DNA of 64,000 bases, taken from the IMG/VR virus record IMGVR_UViG_3300044213_000107, positions 1 to 64,000 of that record. One strand, given 5' to 3'. The notes beneath the pieces are model-generated. The model saw only the letters and a program-made list of their open reading frames with translations. It made no database searches and had not been told where the DNA came from. Positions 8,346 to 18,532 of this stretch are shown here, piece after piece; the stretch's first letter is position 1, and every line of letters begins with the position of its first letter. The position numbers and the translations under genes were made by a program.

Positions 8346-9505
8346 GTTGCATAGATGTCCGAAAATACTTTTTTACTATCTAGATTCCGAGATAAATCAG
8401 TTTCCTCAAAAAATTTAAATATATCGTGATGTTCAATAACACCAGTCTTTAAAAAATCAATTAGTACCCGAACATTAGTACCAAATCGGTCTTCTCCAGC
8501 ATATCTTTCAGCAATTTCTATAGTATCTTTGATATATGTTTTTGGTAACATCCTCGGATCTAAATACGAAGGGTGGTGACCACCGTTAATATAGTTAACA
8601 TTTAAATTTTCTCTTGTAAATCCTAAAGAAAATAAGTAGTCAACAAAATTAAAAAAACTTTTTGTGTTTAAGGCTAGATATACCATATTAAATGCTATTT
8701 CTTGTGTTTTAGGTATATTATTTTTTAAAAATTTTAAATTAGTATCAAAAGTTGACCATACTCCGGGATATCTAATGTATTCATATCTCTCGTACATGTC
8801 TTCGGCACTAATTAACCACATTACATTCTTAAATTTTAATAACAGATTAAAAATTTTATTATTTTCAATCATTGAAAGATTTGTGTTAACTAATATTTTA
8901 CAATTAGGGTTAACTTCTAATAATCTTTCAAGAATTATTTCATTCTCTTTAATTAATAATGGTTCGCCGCCTGCCATATAAATTTTTTCTAATGTTGCAG
9001 CATTATCGCAAAAATACTGTATTAATTTAGAAATTGCAGCATCGTCGCTAACAGGGAATATCTTTTTTTCTGCAGCCCAAGTTGAGCTTAAATCCTCACT
9101 ACAATATACACATGCATAATTACACGTGTTTCTAAATCTTAAATCTGCGTATCTAAGCTCAAATTTATCAGGATTATCATAAATTGTTTTATCGAGATGC
9201 TTAAAAATGTTAAGCATAATATATCTTAAATAATTGTTGATATTTCCAGCATTATCTCCGATCGCAAGATTTTTTGGCGGATAACATCTACTGCACCCGT
9301 CGACTCGTTTGCCATCTAACATATTTTTACGTATACTGATGTTATAATCGCTGTTAATTATTTCTTCAATGGCATTATTTTTAATATTTCCAAGTCGATT
9401 TCTTGCAATACAACAAGTATCAGTAAGTCCATCTGGTTCTACGTATATGCTGGTCCATGGTAATGGACAAAAGGCATCATTGCCCCAATATTGATCTTCA
9501 GTCAT
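8336..9505 (-). CDS. Radical SAM protein with N-terminal Cys-rich (Twitch/SPASM-like) domain
   Basis: CNYACVYC, GGEPL, N-terminal CPLPW..CC..CSRC. Confidence 0.9.
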   Translation of the reverse strand: MTEDQYWGNDAFCPLPWTSIYVEPDGLTDTCCIARNRLGNIKNNAIEEIINSDYNISIRKNMLDGKRVDGCSRCYPPKNLAIGDNAGNINNYLRYIMLNIFKHLDKTIYDNPDKFELRYADLRFRNTCNYACVYCSEDLSSTWAAEKKIFPVSDDAAISKLIQYFCDNAATLEKIYMAGGEPLLIKENEIILERLLEVNPNCKILVNTNLSMIENNKIFNLLLKFKNVMWLISAEDMYERYEYIRYPGVWSTFDTNLKFLKNNIPKTQEIAFNMVYLALNTKSFFNFVDYLFSLGFTRENLNVNYINGGHHPSYLDPRMLPKTYIKDTIEIAERYAGEDRFGTNVRVLIDFLKTGVIEHHDIFKFFEETDLSRNLDSKKVFSDIYATRQ

Positions 9506-10017
9506 TATATTATTTTATCCTCACTGTATTTACTCCAATCGGTAAACGCAGATCTATTCATTAAACTATGTAGGCTATAACACCACACACCTGGATTAGT
9601 TGCTTGAAAATCTCGATCATCAAGTTTAAGTGTAGCATTATAACCAAATTTATTAATGTAAGGAAGCTTAACACTAATCATTGGAATAAAGTTATTATAC
9701 TCACATAAGGAACAATTAGTAAGTCCTTCGACTAGTGCAACATCAATATCCAAAGTACATAGATAACCTTTATTTAAAAAATACTTAATAGTTTCTTCCC
9801 ATACTGCCCAATCTGCTGTACCAGGCACCGTTGGAAAACTCATATTTGCACCAAAGAATATATGTTCAACAGGATCACTGCCGCAGGTTAAATGCACTGC
9901 AATATCATCTGTAGTTTGTACACCCACAACAAACATAGTATATTTTCCAAATGCAGGAGTATGTTCTACTTCTGTTCCATAGAAGAATTGTGTATTTTCG
10001 TGTCCTTCTCTATTCAT
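9505..10017 (-). CDS. Conserved-looking hypothetical protein directly downstream of the TGT-like gene
   Basis: F.G.EVEH.P, HIFFGAN, KLDD.DF..TNPGVW. Confidence 0.7.
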   Translation of the reverse strand: MNREGHENTQFFYGTEVEHTPAFGKYTMFVVGVQTTDDIAVHLTCGSDPVEHIFFGANMSFPTVPGTADWAVWEETIKYFLNKGYLCTLDIDVALVEGLTNCSLCEYNNFIPMISVKLPYINKFGYNATLKLDDRDFQATNPGVWCYSLHSLMNRSAFTDWSKYSEDKII

Positions 10018-10023
10018 ATAACA

Positions 10024-11595
10024 TTAACCTTGGGCGTGTTGTATTAATTCATTGGCTTTGCTACGACCATTAGTAGTCTTTTTACCTTTAAATCCTCTGG
10101 TGCCAATGATCTGATTCCAGTATCCTGCTGGACCAGAATATCTATGTGTATTGATAATTTCTATGCTGGCTTCACGAGAAGGTGCAGAAAATATACGTTC
10201 CACAATGTCTTCAAAATATTCATATAACCCACCATCGTGCCGCATCATAGCAGGATGCTCACCGGAGTCAAATCTACGATTTGCTTCTTGTACTGCAGTT
10301 ATATGTTGATATACATTATGTCCCATTAGCAACATATAACTAAAACTATCCCAAGATGTTTTGCCCCATTTGCCATTTTTATTTAGATCCGGCAACACAT
10401 CATACATTTCAGGGTCTTTAAAGTTATCCTCTGTTAGTACGACACCAGGCTTAGGAACTCCGGGTTTATAGATACAAATGTCTCGCATTGTTAACATATC
10501 GCTAACGGGAGATTCTTGCCAATTATCGTATACGCGGTCTGCTACTACCCCTTGGCTCCATTTACGAGTGTCTGAGGCGTATTTCTTGTTGTCGGCACTG
10601 GGAGCCATTCTATAACTCCATTTACCATCTTGTGGAAACACGTTTTCGAAGTAAACCTGTCCATTTGCTGTAGCGAGGAATGGGCTGGCACAATCAAAGG
10701 ATATAGTAAACGCCGGATTGGCATATTTTCTAACTGCCCTTTGAATCACGGTGAGTAGCACAGCCCATTCCAACTTTGACGTACCTAAGAAGTGCATCCA
10801 ATCATGTACACCTTCTTGCAACAAATTATCGTATTTTAAACTTATAATTCTTTTTAACACTAACTCAATATCGCACATGTTTTGTCCACCCATGGCCCAG
10901 CCATCAAAGTGTGTGTCCGGATAAACTGCAGGATCACAATAGTGTTTCATAGTCTGGTACCATTCTTCGGCACTGGCATGATTATCACCTTGCAGAACGT
11001 TTAAGATTTTAGTACCGCCATTATTTTTTCCACGGCGATGCTGCATAAAGTATTCATTGTTATACTTTGTTGCTGCTACAGCTTCTGGCAATGTTTTAAT
11101 CTTACATGCATCTGATGCTTTTTTATCATGAATAACCCAAGTTGGAATATCTAAGGTCATGCAGTAATCAGATATATTATCTAACCAATTAAAAACAGCT
11201 GCACGTTTAGCTTCGGCCTTGGGGCATCCTGAGCCGGCACGCCAATCACCTTCCCATAGTCCTTTAGCAATCTGGAATCCACCTGAATCACCTAGCATAA
11301 AAGTTCCGGGTTCGCGATTACGGATCATGTCTTCGCTCCAGTCTTGCTTGCTTAAATCCAAATTGGCATGCCCACCTGAATAAAGACTCCAACGGTAAGG
11401 AAAAAGACCTTTTGACGAATTAAGCCAGTTTAACTGTTCCATGTCTGTTAGGCCTTGCGGAAATCGAGCAGGGTCTACATAAGGATTTTGCGGATCTTGT
11501 CTTTGTTTTCCTATAAATGTAGCATAGAATCCACTGATAGCCGGGAGGTAAACGGCGTAGTCTTTTTGTTTTGCGGTTAAGTCATCTTGTGCCAT
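10024..11595 (-). CDS. Queuine tRNA-ribosyltransferase (TGT)-fold transglycosylase, DpdA-like candidate
   Basis: GDSGGFQ, MTLD, VLQG, GWAMGG, HFLG, SFD motifs in TGT order; start revised to MAQDD. Confidence 0.8.
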   Translation of the reverse strand: MAQDDLTAKQKDYAVYLPAISGFYATFIGKQRQDPQNPYVDPARFPQGLTDMEQLNWLNSSKGLFPYRWSLYSGGHANLDLSKQDWSEDMIRNREPGTFMLGDSGGFQIAKGLWEGDWRAGSGCPKAEAKRAAVFNWLDNISDYCMTLDIPTWVIHDKKASDACKIKTLPEAVAATKYNNEYFMQHRRGKNNGGTKILNVLQGDNHASAEEWYQTMKHYCDPAVYPDTHFDGWAMGGQNMCDIELVLKRIISLKYDNLLQEGVHDWMHFLGTSKLEWAVLLTVIQRAVRKYANPAFTISFDCASPFLATANGQVYFENVFPQDGKWSYRMAPSADNKKYASDTRKWSQGVVADRVYDNWQESPVSDMLTMRDICIYKPGVPKPGVVLTEDNFKDPEMYDVLPDLNKNGKWGKTSWDSFSYMLLMGHNVYQHITAVQEANRRFDSGEHPAMMRHDGGLYEYFEDIVERIFSAPSREASIEIINTHRYSGPAGYWNQIIGTRGFKGKKTTNGRSKANELIQHAQG

Positions 11596-12223
11596 AAAAT
11601 TCAACTTGTTCAATTAATTCGTAGTCTAATTGAAAATAATTTTTCAATTGCCGTTGATATTTAGAATTTTTTTCTAACTCTTGTTTAAAAATATTTTTAA
11701 TTCTTTGTCTTTCGGGACTGTTTTCACTTACATGCTGATAGTCGTATCTATGGTATCCATTTTCGCCTAGGTGTTTAGCAACAAACTCACCAAAGTTTTG
11801 TCTATAATTTTTGTCGCATAGAAAAAATGTAGCACGAGCAGTATCTATACCCGATATAAAGTTTACTTGACGTTCAGTATGGTCGTCAAATGCAATTCTA
11901 TCAAATACCAAATCAAAGAAACCACGACCTAAAAAAGCCAAGTCTATGTTTTTATGATATAAAGTAAAATATTCGCCAATGCCACTTAACCAACGATCAA
12001 CAGGATCTCGTAGAACTATTATGGCATGTTTATAAGGTGATACCATATCCAAGTGGTAGTTGTAAAACTCCCAGCCCCAGTCTTGCAAGTTTGGCTTGGT
12101 CCAGGAGCTGGCATTTTTAGGAATATGGATGTACATAAGGTCAGTGGTGGCGCTGGTCATGCATTCGCCATAACAATGACCTTTATGTTGCCATTGATTT
12201 AAAAAGTCTGCGTTGACAATCAC
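11582..12223 (-). CDS. Sulfotransferase-like protein
   Basis: HIPKNASSW (PAPS 5'-loop like) and LRDPVDRWLS; GTG start overlapping upstream stop. Confidence 0.65.
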   Translation of the reverse strand: MIVNADFLNQWQHKGHCYGECMTSATTDLMYIHIPKNASSWTKPNLQDWGWEFYNYHLDMVSPYKHAIIVLRDPVDRWLSGIGEYFTLYHKNIDLAFLGRGFFDLVFDRIAFDDHTERQVNFISGIDTARATFFLCDKNYRQNFGEFVAKHLGENGYHRYDYQHVSENSPERQRIKNIFKQELEKNSKYQRQLKNYFQLDYELIEQVEFYGTR

Positions 12224-12951
12224 TTGGTTTGTGCAGGAATAATATATGTGTATACACACAGACCTGAATCGACTTCAATCTCTGCAGCACCTTGATCGCT
12301 AAAGCGCATCTTTTTATCACCAGATAGTGCAAGAATATTCATAACAACTGCAACGGGCCAGTTCCATGATTTTGCAATAGTTCCAGCAACATTGCTTTCA
12401 AATGTAAAGTTGCCTGAATGGTTTGCAGGATCACCAAAGTAAAACTTTAAACTACCGTTTTCTGTTTTGGCTGTAAACGTAGTTTCTTCACTGTTTGCAC
12501 TTGCTTGCAAACGCAAACGCTGAATACCGTTTACGCTCGGCGTAAAGTCTACACCCCACTTAACCTGGGCCATGGTAAATGATTTTAGTTTATCATTTAC
12601 TACTTCTGCACTCATGTATCGGTAATCATTTTTAAAGTCACCGGCTTGATTTTCGAAATGAACTCCAACAGGAACATCTACCCCATCTTTATTTTGTAGA
12701 GTTGGAGTAATAGTTGCATTTTCTTTGTATTCTGGAATGTTAAGGATGGTAGTTAATTTTCCTAGATTAGGCATACCAAATGTACCAACAAACTCGGGCA
12801 CTGGATTGGCAAACTTTGCTTTTAAAATAACACTGCGATCTTCGGCAATAGCCGAAATCACAGTTTCAGTATCTGATCCAACAACTTTAACAAGGTCAAT
12901 ACAACCAAGGCGATGCGTATGCTCAACGATATCTAATAGATAATCTTTCAT
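12220..12951 (-). CDS. Probable DNA polymerase sliding clamp (gp45-like)
   Basis: Size, beta-rich two-domain pattern, C-terminal Y.YII.A, near the polymerase; clamp loader also in window. Confidence 0.6.
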   Translation of the reverse strand: MKDYLLDIVEHTHRLGCIDLVKVVGSDTETVISAIAEDRSVILKAKFANPVPEFVGTFGMPNLGKLTTILNIPEYKENATITPTLQNKDGVDVPVGVHFENQAGDFKNDYRYMSAEVVNDKLKSFTMAQVKWGVDFTPSVNGIQRLRLQASANSEETTFTAKTENGSLKFYFGDPANHSGNFTFESNVAGTIAKSWNWPVAVVMNILALSGDKKMRFSDQGAAEIEVDSGLCVYTYIIPAQTK

Positions 12952-12978
12952 TAAAACTCCTAATAATGTAATATGAAT

Positions 12979-13008
12979 AGTTTAACAGATTGTATTTAGA
13001 TCTGTCAA
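12979..13008 (-). promoter_or_regulatory. Nested sigma70 and late promoter inside an inverted repeat
   Basis: TTGACA-18bp-TAAACT containing CTAAATA; TTGACAGAT...ATCTGTTAA can pair. Confidence 0.55.
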
Positions 13009-13961
13009 ATGTTTCTGCGATTAATTGCACCCATTGCTTGGCTGGCTTTTACCGTTTTTAATTCGCCAGGGCGACGAATTTCCAACCAACTAACCGCAGG
13101 TTCTAGATCTTGACCGTGTATGATTTCAAAACCTAGTTGTTCGCACACAGGTACTAACATGCTTCTAGGCACATAACTCATGTAGTAGTTTTCTGCATAA
13201 GCAGCACCGGCGCTGATATCTCCATTATTAAATGTAAATATAAACACGCCACCTGGACGAAGTAGTTCGTATATTTGTACGAGATATTTTTGTATATTTT
13301 CTAAAGTTAGATAGTTAAAAAAGTTCCAGCTAAACACTAGATTAAATTGTTCTTTTGGCAGTCCTACAAGACGATATTCTTTAACACCATCTTCATCGGC
13401 GATTGTTTGTATTAGATACTTGCGTAAACGGTGTTGATATTCACCACTGAATTGACCAGCAGTAGTATCTAAAAATTCTTGATATATGTCGGTGATATAC
13501 AATGGATCTGCAGCAACTAATTGTTGGGTCCATTTACCATCTCGGCATCCAATTTCTAATGCTGGATATCGCCAATCTACCAATTGGTGTACACGATTTA
13601 GCAGTATTTGATCTGCTTCTTCACTGAGATGCAGACGTCTTACTTGACGTATATTATCAGGATTAGTATATTCTAACTCCTTTTGATAGTCGGGAGCAAA
13701 AAAATGTTGACTTTTATCTGCAATATCTTGATCAATTGCATTTGCAATTACATCCACAGTATCTAACGATGAATCTAATAGCTTAACTGTAGATTTATAT
13801 ACCTTTGACAGTTCTAATAACTTTTCTTTGTAAGGGTCGTCAATTTGAAACGCAAGATTTTCCATTCGATCTATAATGGAATTAAGCTCGTGTTCAGCTT
13901 TAGAAAAATCTGCAATAGATTCTAAACGTAATCGAAGAGCAACTAATTCATTGAGTTTCAT
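13005..13961 (-). CDS. Class I SAM-dependent methyltransferase with N-terminal coiled coil
   Basis: LEIGCRDG, FNLVFS, LLRPGG. Confidence 0.8.
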   Translation of the reverse strand: MKLNELVALRLRLESIADFSKAEHELNSIIDRMENLAFQIDDPYKEKLLELSKVYKSTVKLLDSSLDTVDVIANAIDQDIADKSQHFFAPDYQKELEYTNPDNIRQVRRLHLSEEADQILLNRVHQLVDWRYPALEIGCRDGKWTQQLVAADPLYITDIYQEFLDTTAGQFSGEYQHRLRKYLIQTIADEDGVKEYRLVGLPKEQFNLVFSWNFFNYLTLENIQKYLVQIYELLRPGGVFIFTFNNGDISAGAAYAENYYMSYVPRSMLVPVCEQLGFEIIHGQDLEPAVSWLEIRRPGELKTVKASQAMGAINRRNI

Positions 13962-13978
13962 ATAATACCGTTATCTAG

Positions 13979-13986
13979 TATTTATT
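13979..13986 (-). promoter_or_regulatory. T4-like late promoter (AATAAATA)
   Basis: Matches the TAAATA consensus found before many genes; overlaps polymerase stop codon. Confidence 0.55.
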
Positions 13987-16642
13987 CGAAGGTAAACAGT
14001 TGATCAAAAGTTGTTTTTATATCTGTGTGTCCGGGAATATCCCAATCAAGTACACCAAGTAAGTTTTCTACTTTTTGATTTACAATGCCCATTTCCATTA
14101 GATCATCATCAAATGGCAGCTCTTTAAACCAAGCAGGAATATGCGACTCGTCTGTGGGATAGCCAACTGATGTGTATCCTAGTGGATTATCTTTAAGTTT
14201 ACACACAATTGTTTTCATACCATCCACAATCTGCATACTATAGTTGTCGCCGTACATGCGGCGCAGATTATTCCAGTTCATTGCAGCACGCACGTGTCCA
14301 GGCATGTTGGCTTTGCCCAAACGCTGTTCTTCGGCAGTATATTTTGTTAGATTGTTTACACGCTTTGGAGTACCTTTTTCCCAAGCAGGTCTGTCAGCAA
14401 ATGCTATTTTAAATTCACGTACTTTATCATAGATCTGTTCCTTTTCGGCACCAGTCAAGACATCTAACAAGATTTCACTTAAGAATTCCTGCACAATCTT
14501 TGGAGTGTCTGACCGCTTTAGGTCCAAGCCCATGGCTTTTACTTTACCAGGCTTACCACTTTTGTCTTGACGATTGCCTTCTAGATCATAAATCAGCACT
14601 GCATAACGTTTCTTTTTAATAAACAAACTCTTACTTGCAACAAGTTCACGACCGCCTCGAATAATAGCACCCATTTCTCGGGGACAATGACAAGCACGTT
14701 CCATGAATGCCGGAAATGATTCATTTACACTATCAGCAATGGCATCATACATCTGTATGCAAACGTCTTTGTTCCACTCTAAGGTACCCGCTTCAACTTC
14801 CGTTTTAATTGCCGGCCATGCGGAGAAGTAGACAGAATCCGTGTCACCGTAGATGACAGCCTGGCCAACATGATCGTAAGTGCCCGTGATTGCTTCATTG
14901 ACGTGCGAGTCCATATGTTTTGCGATAATGCGGCCTGTAAGCGTTGTACTTTGCCCAATACGTTGATCAAAGAACCTGCACCCGGGGTTAAGGATAGCGC
15001 CGTATAAGGAGTTAAGGTTAATTTTTTTGACGAGTTGTCTTTTATCCCAGAACGCAATGTCTTCAGCAGTTTCTGCGGTCTTCTTTTTTGCTTGCATTTC
15101 TTTTCGTTCTGCATACCATCTCTCCAATAAACCTGGGATTATTCCCTTCATGTCATACTTAAAAATTGTTCCGTTGGCACTAAGTGTCCAAGGCTCTCGC
15201 CCTTCAAAGATTAATCGCCATACATCGGCGGCACTAAGCACATCACTGCCACCAGATTCCCAGTCTATGGTAATTTCTGTGCCGGCTTCTAAATTCATTA
15301 CTGCTTGGTATTCTAAACTACCAAACATGTTTTCCCAGGCATCGGCAAAACTTGCACCGGCGTCCATCTTTTCTTTAATATAGTGGTCAGTCATTACCGG
15401 GCGGAGTTGCCCAACGACTGTTTCTGGTCCCATGTTAAGGGCTCGAATAGCCGAGGGGTAGAGACTGTTGATGTCAATGGCGCCGACCCATTCGTGCATT
15501 CCTTTTTTGGGATAAGCAACATAGGCACCTGCGGCTTGCGTGTTTTCTTTGTCATCTCGGTTTTTCCTATTAGGTACAATCATACCACGTTGATGTGCTT
15601 CATTGATAATAGCTTGTTCTGTAACTGCAACTGCACCCATTGTAGTTGCTAACAGCACAGTATTATCATGTGCAATTTCGTTTGCAAGGTCGATAAAACG
15701 TAGTTTCTTATCAAACTTTGCAATCAACATGGTATCTTGTCGGTTATAGTCAATGAACTTAGGAAAGTCTCGATTATACAATTGATCAAGAGTGCCTTCG
15801 TAGGCAACTTTGCGTTCATCCAGTTCATATTCGCCGATAGCGTCTAGGCTATAACTGTGTCGTTCTTCATATGTGTATTTACGATATAACTGCATATAGT
15901 CCATATGAACACGACCTATTAGGTCAAAGGTTATATTTTCTGCACCAAACCGTTCAAAGGTACGTTGTTTTGGATATTGTCCCCATAAACACATTCTACG
16001 TGTGTCGTCTTTGCTTAACACACGAGTAATGCGCATTGTGGTATATGGAATATCAAAACCTTCTGAGTTCCATCCGCTTAAAATATCTGCATCGTCGATC
16101 AAGTCAAGGAAGGTGTTAAGCATATCCTCTTCACGTTCGAACAAAAAGCAGTTTTCAAATTTACTACAAATTTCTTCGGCGGATTCCCGGGAATAACTCT
16201 TCGGCGGTATAACCAGGGTGACTAATTTATCCATCCAGTCAAGGTACACAGAAATAGCAGTAATTGGATTAAACGGATCTTCAGGTTTAGAATACCCACG
16301 CTCGGGGTCAAAGTCGACCTCAATATCAAAAAACGCTGTATGTAATTTTGGTGAAGTAGCACCCAAGTAGTTGGTTTCTAAACAACGAAAGATAGGATTG
16401 ATGTCAGACTCCCACAAACGTGTACCCGACATTACTTTTAATTCTTTGTGATATTCTTTTGAATTTCTTGTGTTGAATCTTGACACAGGAGTGTCAAAGA
16501 TTGTTCTAAACTTACCGCGAGGATCATCATAGTAAAATATATAATCCGCCGGATATTCGCGATACTCTCTTTGGCCGTTTACACGTTCAACAACGTGAAT
16601 ACGATCCTTTTGACGATCATAGAGTGCATCAACATACGACAC
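13982..16642 (-). CDS. Family B DNA polymerase (gp43-like) with 3'-5' exonuclease
   Basis: FDIEV, GWNSEGFD, YNRQD; DINSLYPS, KINLNSLYG, YGDTDS, KKRY. Confidence 0.97.
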   Translation of the reverse strand: MSYVDALYDRQKDRIHVVERVNGQREYREYPADYIFYYDDPRGKFRTIFDTPVSRFNTRNSKEYHKELKVMSGTRLWESDINPIFRCLETNYLGATSPKLHTAFFDIEVDFDPERGYSKPEDPFNPITAISVYLDWMDKLVTLVIPPKSYSRESAEEICSKFENCFLFEREEDMLNTFLDLIDDADILSGWNSEGFDIPYTTMRITRVLSKDDTRRMCLWGQYPKQRTFERFGAENITFDLIGRVHMDYMQLYRKYTYEERHSYSLDAIGEYELDERKVAYEGTLDQLYNRDFPKFIDYNRQDTMLIAKFDKKLRFIDLANEIAHDNTVLLATTMGAVAVTEQAIINEAHQRGMIVPNRKNRDDKENTQAAGAYVAYPKKGMHEWVGAIDINSLYPSAIRALNMGPETVVGQLRPVMTDHYIKEKMDAGASFADAWENMFGSLEYQAVMNLEAGTEITIDWESGGSDVLSAADVWRLIFEGREPWTLSANGTIFKYDMKGIIPGLLERWYAERKEMQAKKKTAETAEDIAFWDKRQLVKKINLNSLYGAILNPGCRFFDQRIGQSTTLTGRIIAKHMDSHVNEAITGTYDHVGQAVIYGDTDSVYFSAWPAIKTEVEAGTLEWNKDVCIQMYDAIADSVNESFPAFMERACHCPREMGAIIRGGRELVASKSLFIKKKRYAVLIYDLEGNRQDKSGKPGKVKAMGLDLKRSDTPKIVQEFLSEILLDVLTGAEKEQIYDKVREFKIAFADRPAWEKGTPKRVNNLTKYTAEEQRLGKANMPGHVRAAMNWNNLRRMYGDNYSMQIVDGMKTIVCKLKDNPLGYTSVGYPTDESHIPAWFKELPFDDDLMEMGIVNQKVENLLGVLDWDIPGHTDIKTTFDQLFTFE

Positions 16643-16662
16643 TAAAATTACTCCTTTTGTTA

Positions 16663-17931
16663 TTAGTAATAGATACTATAAATTTTCTTAACATCTAAAT
16701 CTGGATGAAAGCGTTGTACTTGGTCTAAACAAAAATGTATTATAGCATAATCATCTGCAAATTTACTAGAGCGTGTTAGTTCTTTCATATAACTATGGGC
16801 AAATCTAATTTTTTCATAGTCTGATCCAGTGAAGTCGCAGTCTAAATTATCGGCAACTTGATCTGCGACTGATTGCGGAACGCTGGCAATACCAAAGTTA
16901 ATGTCTGCGTGCCAGACTAAATTTGGTTCAGCAATACTGAAACGATTTTTGGGATAACGCTTAACCAAGTACCGCCAGAAATCCATAACATGATGAAAGT
17001 TTAAACTTGTAAGTGTAGTAATTACATTTACCTTAACTGACTTACCTAGCAGTTGTTGTTCTAGTTGCCATGCCATGAGTAAATCAACATTAGATTCTAT
17101 GCTAGGCCAATCACTTGGTGTTCTTTGGATGTAGGCTATTTCGTCCATGCCATCTAGGCTTAGATTAAGTTCTATAGTTTGATATTTGCTCAGAGTATCA
17201 AGCAAGCGACGATTAATATTTGTACAGTTGGTACTGGGCCAAACTTTTATCTGTTGACTGTATCCTAGTTCTACTAGTCGTTCTAAAAAATCTATGTTTT
17301 CTTTAACCAGTGTGGGTTCGCCACCTGTGATAAACAAACTGCGAATACTGTTATAATGGTCTGCAAATACCCGTTCTAGTCCAATTGACACGGGCCAATC
17401 AAACACAGTATTAAAATCTGTGTCGTGATTAAGTGGTGGAATGATACCTGGAACAAATGTTAGTTCCTGTGGTGTGTCGACAAAGCGTTTAAAAAACTTA
17501 CCAAAGTTTGTGCTAAATGCAGGATTACACATTTTGCATGCAAGGTTGCAAAGATTCCCTGAACTAACTTGAAAGTCAAATGCTAACTTAGATAAGCGAC
17601 CATTATTTTCTTTGGCTTCTGTGATACGGTCTTGTATAGATTCAACGGGAATTCTATTTAATGTTTTAAGTCGTAGACTATTGCCGGCGGCAGCTTCTTG
17701 TTCCCAACACACACGACATGCTTCGGGCTTTTCTCCGACAATTAAACTTTGTCTAAGGCTTTGTAGCCGATCACTGTTCCAAGCTTCTGTTAGTGTGTGC
17801 GTTGCAATGTTGTAGACATCACCGTTGGCATCCGTGTGCTCGCCGCTTATTGCCGCACAACAATATTTTATTTCACCGTTGGGTTCGATGTCAGTGTGTG
17901 CAAACGGATAAGGACAAATCGTTGAACTCAT
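16663..17931 (-). CDS. Radical SAM protein (Twitch/SPASM-like)
   Basis: CNLACKMC, TGGEPT, SLDG; N-terminal CPYPF..CC..CRVC. Confidence 0.9.
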   Translation of the reverse strand: MSSTICPYPFAHTDIEPNGEIKYCCAAISGEHTDANGDVYNIATHTLTEAWNSDRLQSLRQSLIVGEKPEACRVCWEQEAAAGNSLRLKTLNRIPVESIQDRITEAKENNGRLSKLAFDFQVSSGNLCNLACKMCNPAFSTNFGKFFKRFVDTPQELTFVPGIIPPLNHDTDFNTVFDWPVSIGLERVFADHYNSIRSLFITGGEPTLVKENIDFLERLVELGYSQQIKVWPSTNCTNINRRLLDTLSKYQTIELNLSLDGMDEIAYIQRTPSDWPSIESNVDLLMAWQLEQQLLGKSVKVNVITTLTSLNFHHVMDFWRYLVKRYPKNRFSIAEPNLVWHADINFGIASVPQSVADQVADNLDCDFTGSDYEKIRFAHSYMKELTRSSKFADDYAIIHFCLDQVQRFHPDLDVKKIYSIYY

Positions 17932-18239
17932 TCTAATGCGTGTATGATTAATTTAATTAGGCCAACCATGTCAATGCAGAACAATAGCGCATAGTTAGCC
18001 AGCATGCCAAAACTGCCCCGAGTCCAGGCGGCCCAGGCATACACTAGAGTACTGGCTACCCATATGCAATACAATTGCAATAGTGGTGGATTAGGCAAGA
18101 ATATTGTCATGCCTAATGCACATCCTACGCTACCAAACCAACCTGCGATTTCTAAACAAAATCGCAGAGGCCACTCACGGTAGTCTCTGCGTGCCCAATC
18201 AAGAGTATTATTGTACCATGACGAAATGGTTTGTTTCAC
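17928..18239 (-). CDS. Small three-TM membrane protein
   Basis: Three hydrophobic segments. Confidence 0.65.
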   Translation of the reverse strand: MKQTISSWYNNTLDWARRDYREWPLRFCLEIAGWFGSVGCALGMTIFLPNPPLLQLYCIWVASTLVYAWAAWTRGSFGMLANYALLFCIDMVGLIKLIIHALE

Positions 18240-18496
18240 AGGGTTTTACCTACAGTTTCTAAAATAGTATTTAGATCTTCGTGATCCCTATTTGTCTCGC
18301 CAAGTTTGGCTTTGTGAGCAATACGAATTGCTTTTTTTAGCACAGCAGGCTTAACTTCTAACTCTTCGGCCACTGCTTTGATAGTGTCATTTAACCCTGC
18401 GGTAAGGTCTTCAACTTCACGCATTACCTGCATACCTTCGTTGATGATTTGAGTTAATTTTGCTTTTTGTTCACTTCCAAACATTAATGATGCCAT
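18236..18496 (-). CDS. T4 DsbA-like dsDNA-binding protein/transcriptional regulator
   Basis: KLTQIINEG...IKAVAEELEVKPAVLKKAIRIAHK pattern; 86 aa. Confidence 0.6.
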   Translation of the reverse strand: MASLMFGSEQKAKLTQIINEGMQVMREVEDLTAGLNDTIKAVAEELEVKPAVLKKAIRIAHKAKLGETNRDHEDLNTILETVGKTL

Positions 18497-18532
18497 ATAT
18501 TTCCTTTGTTTTTATGTTGAATAAATATTTTT

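Noticed and set aside
8336-9505. Radical SAM inside the deazaguanine cluster as QueE
   Set aside because: Too long, with an N-terminal Cys domain, and resembles the other dispersed Twitch/SPASM-like paralogs rather than QueE.
13982-16642. Intein or intron in the DNA polymerase
   Set aside because: Motifs are contiguous and the length (886 aa) is normal.
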